Positions 44,945-50,743 of a DNA stretch of 50,743 bases are shown piece by piece. The notes below the pieces were generated by a model. The model was given only the letters and a program-made list of their open reading frames with translations. It made no database searches and was not told the origin of the DNA. This DNA comes from an uncultured Dehalococcoidia bacterium (GTDB taxonomy: Bacteria > Chloroflexota > Dehalococcoidia > SZUA-161): NCBI GenBank assembly GCA_964449845.1, contig CAYVES010000003.1:1-50743 (forward strand), given 5' to 3'. How positions within the stretch are numbered: position 1 is the first letter of the stretch; each line of letters begins with the position of its first letter. Made by a program: the position numbers and the translations under genes.

Positions 44945-45816
44945 GGTGTCTATTGGAAAGGATAGCGATAATAGGACTTGGTCTAATTGGAGGGTCGTTG
45001 GCGTTGGCCTTGAAGAGGTCAGTAGCCTCGGAGGCGGAGATAGTGGGGTTCAGCCGGCGCTCAGAGACAGTGACCAGAGCAAAGGAAAGGGGAGTTGTTG
45101 ACCGGGCTGCCGGGGACATGGCATCCGCAGTCGAAGGGGCGGATTTGGTCATCATAGCCACTCCTGTGATGACTATCAGAGCAGTACTCGAACGGATATC
45201 TGGTTATGTGTCTTCTGAGTGCGTGGTCACCGATACCGGCAGCACCAAAGCAAAGGTTATGCGGTGGGCGGAAGAGTACCTGCCGCGCGATACTAGCTTC
45301 ATCGGCGGTCATCCCATGGCAGGCAAAGAGACCTCGGGCATAAATGAGTCTGATCCAGACCTCTTTCAGGGCTGCGTTTACTGCCTCTCTCCTGCCCCAA
45401 ATGCAACACCGGGAGCGGTGCAAACACTTGAAACGCTGGTGAAGTCGATTGGAGCCGTGCCGTTTTTCATTGATCCTGACGAACATGATAAGCTGGTGGC
45501 TGGAGTCAGTCATCTGCCAATGTTGCTCTCTGCGGCATTTGTCTCGAGTACCATGGGAAGCTCCTCATGGCCCGAGATGGCCAAGCTTGCAGCGGGAGGC
45601 TACCGGGACCTGTCGCGCCTGGCCTCTGGGAACCCTGAGGTGAACCGAGATATATGTCTTAGCAATCGGGAAGAGATCATCCGCTGGATAGACCGCTACC
45701 TAGATGAATTGAAGGAGTATCGTCGTCTGATAGAAGCGGATGGAGAGGGGCTTAGAGATGCGATTGCTCGTGCTCAGGAAGCAAGGCAAAGGTGGCTGCA
45801 GGAGGAGAGTCGGTGA
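44941..45816 (+). CDS. tyrA: prephenate dehydrogenase
   Basis: ...RIAIIGLGLIGGSLALAL... Rossmann motif and ...GGHPMAG.... Probable TTG start at 44941 overlaps the M50 stop (cTTTGA). Confidence 0.85.
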   Translation: MRCLLERIAIIGLGLIGGSLALALKRSVASEAEIVGFSRRSETVTRAKERGVVDRAAGDMASAVEGADLVIIATPVMTIRAVLERISGYVSSECVVTDTGSTKAKVMRWAEEYLPRDTSFIGGHPMAGKETSGINESDPDLFQGCVYCLSPAPNATPGAVQTLETLVKSIGAVPFFIDPDEHDKLVAGVSHLPMLLSAAFVSSTMGSSSWPEMAKLAAGGYRDLSRLASGNPEVNRDICLSNREEIIRWIDRYLDELKEYRRLIEADGEGLRDAIARAQEARQRWLQEESR

Positions 45817-47102
45817 AGCAGAGGGTAAGAGCCGCTCGCGCCTTAGAAGGTGAGGTTCATCCTCCTGGTGATAAGTCGATTACCCATCGTGCTATGATCC
45901 TGAACAGCATAGCCCAGGGTGATGCCAGGGTGAGCAACTTTCCGCAGGCTGGTGACTGTTTAGCCACAGTGGCTTGTCTGCGTGCTTTGGGCGTGGAAAT
46001 AGAGTCTGGCGAGGTTGGGGAGTTCTTTGTTCGGGGGGTGGGTAAAGAGGGCTTGAAAGAGGCTGAGGATGTGCTCGATGCTGAGAACAGTGCCACTACC
46101 ATGCGCATCCTCACTGGTCTGCTCGCAGCTCAACCGTTCTTTTCGGTCATCAGCGGGGACCAGTCGCTACGCTCTCGTCCCATGAGCCGCGTGATTCAGC
46201 CACTGAGGCTCATGGGGGCTCATATTTGGGGGCGAAGCGGCGATTCTCGGGCGCCGTTGGTGATCAAGGGAGGACAACTCCACGGGATTCGCTATCAACT
46301 CCCAGTTGCCAGCGCCCAGCTAAAATCCGCGCTTCTACTGGCTGCTCTCTTCGCCAAGGGAGATACCATAATAAAGGAGCCGGTGCCCTCTCGGGACCAT
46401 ACCGAAAGATTGCTCAAGACAATGGGAGCTGAGATAGAGGTAGCCGCTGACACCATCACTATCTCTCCCAGCAGCTTGGGCGCTGTGGACCTGATCATTC
46501 CCGGCGACATCAGCGCTGCTGCTTTCTGGCTCGTTGCGGGTGCCGTCCATCCTCAGGCTAGCATCCGACTGCGGAACACGGGCATCAATCCTACTAGGAG
46601 CGGCATCCTCGATGTGCTGCGCTCGATGGGGGCTGACCTGATAGTGCGCAATGAGCGCCTATCCAATGGCGAGCCTGTCGCTGATGTGGAGGTGCGTTCA
46701 AGCGCCCTCAGCGGCGTAGAAATCGGGGGAGGCCTCATCCCCCGGCTGATCGATGAAATCCCGCTAGTGGCCTTGGCTGGCTGTGTAGCTCAGGGGACAA
46801 CGGTAATAAGAGATGCTCAAGAGCTTCGAGTAAAGGAGACCGACAGGATCAGTGCTACAGTAGAGGAGCTCTTGAAGATGGGTGCTGAAGCGGAGGAGCT
46901 TCCCGATGGTATGGTTATTCATGGAGGGAAAAAGCTGCGTGGCTCCAGTTGCGATAGTCACCGAGACCATCGCTTGGCTATGATGCTTGGCATAGCTGCG
47001 CTTATTGCCGAGGGGGAAACAGAGATTGACAATGCTGAGGTGGCAGATATATCATATCCCTCATTCTGGCAGGACTTGGAGAATCTGAGTTTGGGCCAGT
47101 AG
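45813..47102 (+). CDS. aroA: 3-phosphoshikimate 1-carboxyvinyltransferase (EPSP synthase)
   Basis: ...PPGDKSITHRA..., ...LRSRPM.R..., ...DHRLAM.... The GTG 45813 start overlaps the tyrA stop (GTGA) after GGAGGAG. Confidence 0.93.
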   Translation: MKQRVRAARALEGEVHPPGDKSITHRAMILNSIAQGDARVSNFPQAGDCLATVACLRALGVEIESGEVGEFFVRGVGKEGLKEAEDVLDAENSATTMRILTGLLAAQPFFSVISGDQSLRSRPMSRVIQPLRLMGAHIWGRSGDSRAPLVIKGGQLHGIRYQLPVASAQLKSALLLAALFAKGDTIIKEPVPSRDHTERLLKTMGAEIEVAADTITISPSSLGAVDLIIPGDISAAAFWLVAGAVHPQASIRLRNTGINPTRSGILDVLRSMGADLIVRNERLSNGEPVADVEVRSSALSGVEIGGGLIPRLIDEIPLVALAGCVAQGTTVIRDAQELRVKETDRISATVEELLKMGAEAEELPDGMVIHGGKKLRGSSCDSHRDHRLAMMLGIAALIAEGETEIDNAEVADISYPSFWQDLENLSLGQ

Positions 47103-47106
47103 CTAG

Positions 47107-47165
47107 GTAGCGTCGTGACTCCTGTCACGACGGAGAATTCGTAGCCACAGGAGTGGCAACGCTAC
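47107..47165 (+). repeat. family-A palindromic repeat, copy 3 (59-nt unit)
   Basis: GTAGCGTCGTGACTCCTGTCACGACG GAGAATTCGTAGCCACAGGAGTGGCAACGCTAC, starting 5 nt after the aroA stop. Confidence 0.92.
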
Positions 47166-47173
47166 CCTTTTTT
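47107..47173 (+). terminator. possible intrinsic terminator formed by repeat copy 3 plus a T-run
   Basis: The stable hairpins of the repeat are followed by CC TTTTTT (T-run 47168-47173) downstream of aroA. Confidence 0.4.
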
Positions 47174-47182
47174 GAATAGCTT

Positions 47183-47464
47183 GTGAAGGAGAGGACGGTG
47201 AGCACGGAATTGGTTCATGTAGGGTTCGCTAACATCGTGGCGATAAATAAGGTTGTTGCTATTGTTTCACCGGGATCAGCCCCTATCAAGCGTATGATGC
47301 AAGCGGGAAAAAGCAAAGGGCTTCTGGTAGATCTGACCAGCGGCAGGAAGACCAAAGCGGTTTTGGTTATGGATAGCGGGCATATTGTACTTGCTGCTAT
47401 CGGGCCCGAGACCATTGCTGGCAGGCTGGCTGCAAGCCGAGGGATTGAAGGTGGACAAGCGTGA
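47183..47464 (+). CDS. remA: RemA/YlzA (DUF370) family regulator
   Basis: ...LVHVGFANIVAINKVVAIVSPGSAPIKRMMQAGKSKGLLVDLTSGRKTKAVLVMDSGHIVLAAI...; 93 aa, in the classical position before gmk. Confidence 0.85.
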   Translation: MKERTVSTELVHVGFANIVAINKVVAIVSPGSAPIKRMMQAGKSKGLLVDLTSGRKTKAVLVMDSGHIVLAAIGPETIAGRLAASRGIEGGQA

Positions 47465-47471
47465 GGAAGGG

Positions 47472-48089
47472 GTGAAAAGGAACAAGCCAGGCTCAGGGGG
47501 AACTCCCTTGTTCATTGTTATCTCGGGTCCTTCTGGAGTGGGCAAGGATGCTGTCCTCGATGCAATGAGAAGGATGAGATATCCTTTGTATTTCGCGGTG
47601 ACGGCAACCACTCGACCTCAGCGCCAGGGGGAGACCGATGGGGGGGACTATCACTTTGTCTCCAAATCTGAGTTTGACCGGATGATAGAGAAGAGGGAGC
47701 TTCTGGAATGGGCCAATGTCTATGGCAATCTCTACGGGGTGCCAAAGCGCCAGGTGCAGGAGTCTCTGGCTGAAGGGCTGGATGTGGTAGTGAAGGTGGA
47801 TGTTCAAGGGGCGGCTACGATCAAGAACACCCTCCCGGAAGCTGTGTTCATCTTCGTGGCTCCACCTTCAATGAGCGATTTGGAAAAGCGACTGAAACAA
47901 CGTAAGACCGAGTCTGGTGTAGACCTGGAGTTAAGGATGAAGGCTGCTCAGGAAGAGATGGGCAGCTTACCTTTGTTTGACTATGTAGTAGTCAATCACG
48001 AGGGCCGGGTGGAGCTTGCCGTCTCCCAGATTGAGTCTATTGTCGCCGCTGAGAAATGTCGGGTAAAGGCGAGATCGATTGAGATCTAG
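47472..48089 (+). CDS. gmk: guanylate kinase
   Basis: ...FIVISGPSGVGKDAV... P-loop and ...TTRP.R.GE.DG.DY.F.... I prefer GTG 47472 after GAGGAAGGGG. Confidence 0.9.
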   Translation: MKRNKPGSGGTPLFIVISGPSGVGKDAVLDAMRRMRYPLYFAVTATTRPQRQGETDGGDYHFVSKSEFDRMIEKRELLEWANVYGNLYGVPKRQVQESLAEGLDVVVKVDVQGAATIKNTLPEAVFIFVAPPSMSDLEKRLKQRKTESGVDLELRMKAAQEEMGSLPLFDYVVVNHEGRVELAVSQIESIVAAEKCRVKARSIEI

Positions 48090-49593
48090 AAAGACCTCGC
48101 AGCAAAGCCAACTGCGGGAACTTAGGCATAGGAAACCAGGGGATATAAGTCTTCGCCGCCCGCTGGAGGCGCGCCGCTTTCGTCGAGTGTTAGGCGTTGC
48201 CTCGCTCTACAGTGCAGGCTATGGCAATGTCGGGTCCTCTATCTACTATGCCCTGGGTGTCGTTGCCCTGGTGGCAATGGGAGCTACCCCGATAGCCCTT
48301 TTCGCAGCCGGTCTCCTTTTTGTCTTTACCGCTCTCACCTATTCTGAGGGGGCAACTATGTTCCCCGAGGCTGGAGGGTCGGCGAGCTTCGCCCGTCACG
48401 GGTTCAACGAGCACGTAGGCTTCGCTGCTGGATGGGCGCTGCTGTTGAGCTATATCGTGACCATCTCAATCTCGGCGTTCATTATTTCGCCGTATTTGGG
48501 CTACTTTTGGGAGCCTTTGAAAACCGACCCTTGGATCGGTACCCTTCTCTCGATTGGGATTGTCCTGTTTCTAATGGTGGTCAATATCCTCGGGGTTAGG
48601 GAGACGGCATTTATGAATATAGGGGCGGCGGTGCTTGATGTAGCGGTCCAGGCCTTGCTGGTAATTATAGGCTTGGTTCTGCTCCTCAATCCTGGCATTG
48701 TCGCATTCAGCGTTGGGCAGCTGGCCGAGAATATGTTTGGCAGCGGCAACTGGCCGTCTGCGACTAACCTTGTCTTCGGCATTGCTCTGGCTGCACTGGC
48801 ATACACTGGCGTGGAGACCGTCTCCCAGATGTCAGAGGAAACCCGCCTTCCTCAAATCCGTGTGCCCAGGGCAATGTTCATGATGATGTTCAGCGTGCTG
48901 ATTATGTTCTCCGGTATCTCTGTGGTGGCCCTCTCTGCAATAACGCCGGGGGATTTGGCCACTGAGTGGGCTCGGGATCCGGTAGCCGGCGTTGCCAATG
49001 CGTTCCCGTTTGAATGGTTGAAGGCAATATTTATGCCACTGGTGGCGATACTGGCAGCCACCATCCTGCTCATTGCTACCAACGCTGGAATCATGGGCAT
49101 CTCCCGGCTAGCCTTCTCCATGGGTTCATATCAACAGCTGCCATCGGTGTTTCATCGGATCCATCCCCGCTTCAGGACACCTTACATGTCCATCATCGTC
49201 TTCAGCGCAGTAGCCATTCTCATCCTGATCCCAGGCCTATTCCGTGGCGATATAACCGAGATATTCGAGAATATGGGCGGTCTATATGTGTTTGGTTCTC
49301 TTCTTGCGTTTGCTTTTGCGCATGCCTCTGTTCTGGCCCTGAGGATCAGGAAGCCCGAGCTGGCACGCCCATTTAAACTTCGAGGCAATGTCAGAATAAG
49401 AGGACATGAGCTGCCGATAACTGCAATAATCGGGCTCGTTGCTACGATTACAATCTGGCTGGTGATAATCGTTGTCCAGGAGTACAGCCGGTGGGTAGGT
49501 TTTGGCTGGATGGCTGTTGGCTTGGGAGGATATCTGATATTCCGCTGGCGGAGGGGAGTGACGCAGAGGAAGGCGGGGCATGAGCCCAGGTAG
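48079..49593 (+). CDS. APC-superfamily amino acid/polyamine permease
   Basis: 504 aa, about 12 hydrophobic segments, ...SLYSAGYGNVGSSIYYALG... typical N-terminal signature. The start codon (TTG 48079) is uncertain. Confidence 0.8.
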   Translation: MRSRKTSQQSQLRELRHRKPGDISLRRPLEARRFRRVLGVASLYSAGYGNVGSSIYYALGVVALVAMGATPIALFAAGLLFVFTALTYSEGATMFPEAGGSASFARHGFNEHVGFAAGWALLLSYIVTISISAFIISPYLGYFWEPLKTDPWIGTLLSIGIVLFLMVVNILGVRETAFMNIGAAVLDVAVQALLVIIGLVLLLNPGIVAFSVGQLAENMFGSGNWPSATNLVFGIALAALAYTGVETVSQMSEETRLPQIRVPRAMFMMMFSVLIMFSGISVVALSAITPGDLATEWARDPVAGVANAFPFEWLKAIFMPLVAILAATILLIATNAGIMGISRLAFSMGSYQQLPSVFHRIHPRFRTPYMSIIVFSAVAILILIPGLFRGDITEIFENMGGLYVFGSLLAFAFAHASVLALRIRKPELARPFKLRGNVRIRGHELPITAIIGLVATITIWLVIIVVQEYSRWVGFGWMAVGLGGYLIFRWRRGVTQRKAGHEPR

Positions 49594-49647
49594 ATTCTAG
49601 TCTCTTTGGGCTGGCGTTTCTCAAACGACGGGCGCTATTCAAGTTCT

Positions 49648-49691
49648 TCGTCGTGACAGGAGTCACGACGCTACTTTTCCTTTTGCATTTT
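49648..49691 (-). repeat. family-A palindromic repeat, copy 4 (inverted; core plus 17-nt extension)
   Basis: The reverse complement of 49648-49691 is identical to 42712-42755 (44/44). Confidence 0.92.
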
Positions 49692-49695
49692 GATA

Positions 49696-49740
49696 TTTGA
49701 ATTTGTTTGGTGCTTGGGAATTAGCAATTAGAATTTCCCT
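49696..49740 (+). repeat. family-B related AT-rich module, copy 4
   Basis: TTTGAATTTGTTTGGTGCTTGGGAATTAGCAATTAGAATTTCCC. It shares TTTGAATTTGTTT exactly with 10070-10082. Confidence 0.65.
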
Positions 49741-49787
49741 ATATAGATATAGCGGAAGTACTTATGTCGTCGTGTATATAACGAGAG

Positions 49788-50210
49788 CTAGCCTCTGGGC
49801 CTTCTCTTTCTACCCTTCTGTGCTACCTTGAGCCTCATCAACGAACGGAGCATCGCTGCTTGAGCTCGAGCGTGGTCTGCCTCCGAAGCGGGCGTGGCCA
49901 CTCTCTGCTCAGCGCGGCGTCTCGCTTCCTCGGCGCGTGCGGTATCGATCTCCTCAGCTCTCTCGGCGGTGTCGGCCAGCACAGTCACCTTGTTCGCCTG
50001 CACCTCTAGGAATCCACCACTGACGAAGATCGATTCCTCTTCACCAGCTTTTCTCACCATGAGCTCGCCGGGCTGCAGCATAGTCATCAGGGGAGCGTGG
50101 TTTGGGAGTATGGCAAGCTGGCCTTCGACTCCCGGTGCTACCACGACATCGACCTCGTCGGAGTAAACCGCTCGCTCCGCAGTTACTATCTCAAAACCTA
50201 TCTTTGGCAA
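49788..50210 (-). CDS. atpC: F0F1 ATP synthase epsilon subunit
   Basis: (M)[42 protein letters not shown]...; 140 aa, TTG start. Confidence 0.9.
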   Translation of the reverse strand: MPKIGFEIVTAERAVYSDEVDVVVAPGVEGQLAILPNHAPLMTMLQPGELMVRKAGEEESIFVSGGFLEVQANKVTVLADTAERAEEIDTARAEEARRRAEQRVATPASEADHARAQAAMLRSLMRLKVAQKGRKRRPRG

Positions 50211-50227
50211 GAGCCCTCACCCCCTGA

Positions 50228-50302
50228 CCCCCTCTCCCTCTGGGAGAGGGGGAAGACAAATTAGGGGACACCCCTAAAACCTCGGCAGGGGCTCTGCCCC
50301 TG
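50228..50302. repeat. three consecutive GC-rich hairpins in the atpD-atpC spacer
   Basis: CCCCCTCTCCC-tct-GGGAGAGGGGG (50228-50252), AGGGG-aca-CCCCT (50263-50275) and CAGGGG-ctctg-CCCCTG (50286-50302). Confidence 0.8.
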
Positions 50303-50360
50303 CACTCCGGAGGCATTCTATGCCACGGCAATCTTGACAGGTCCAGTCCTTCTATGCCGC

Positions 50361-50743
<383 letters not shown>

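Noticed and set aside
42712-49691. The 44-nt inverted pair considered as the ends of a composite transposon.
   Set aside because: There is no transposase or recombinase between the arms. The cargo is housekeeping (tyrA, aroA, remA, gmk, M50 protease). The same core occurs singly elsewhere, so a REP/MITE-like family is the simpler reading.

Overview
This 50.7-kb window is mostly core chromosome from a moderately GC-rich bacterium. The gene set looks Chloroflexota/Dehalococcoidia-like (remA, ylxR, DUF5679, tandem cvpA, etfBA, a hydantoinase-type carboxylase, many short palindromic intergenic repeats). That assignment is inference only. Layout from left to right:
- The 3' end of a large serine recombinase converges on tRNA-Ala(CGC) and reads antisense through it. 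This is probably the edge of an integrated element lying left of the window.
- A small metallopeptidase, a YfcE-type phosphoesterase, and a Zn-ribbon/TM/sulfatase-like membrane protein.
- A six-gene minus-strand operon: two HyuA-type subunits, an acetone-carboxylase-gamma-like subunit, a HyuB-type subunit, a URO-D-fold protein and a PNPOx-like protein. This matches acetophenone-carboxylase-type architecture.
- purF, purM, purH, then a GalT/HIT-like gene, a GT2 gene, pepA and an MBL hydrolase.
- rpmH-rnpA-yidD-(PQQ beta-propeller lipoprotein)-yidC-jag, then a crotonase.
- nusA-ylxR-infB-rbfA-truB, followed by an untracked 46-aa DUF5679 gene.
- A PHP phosphatase divergent from ino1, a pimA-like gene and a PIP-synthase-like gene (inositol-lipid cluster).
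- DUF4282, an orphan substrate-binding protein, prfB with its programmed +1 frameshift, nfi and two cvpA paralogues.
- etfBA, two small membrane proteins, an M50 protease, tyrA-aroA, remA-gmk, an APC permease, atpC and partial atpD.

I recognise no CRISPR array, rRNA, transposase, toxin-antitoxin pair or known defence system. The least ordinary signals are:
- several families of palindromic intergenic repeats, including a perfect 44-nt inverted pair about 7 kb apart;
- the carboxylase operon with its unusual accessory genes;
- the recombinase/tRNA junction;
- the inositol-lipid cluster.

Everything was read by eye. No searches or statistics were run.
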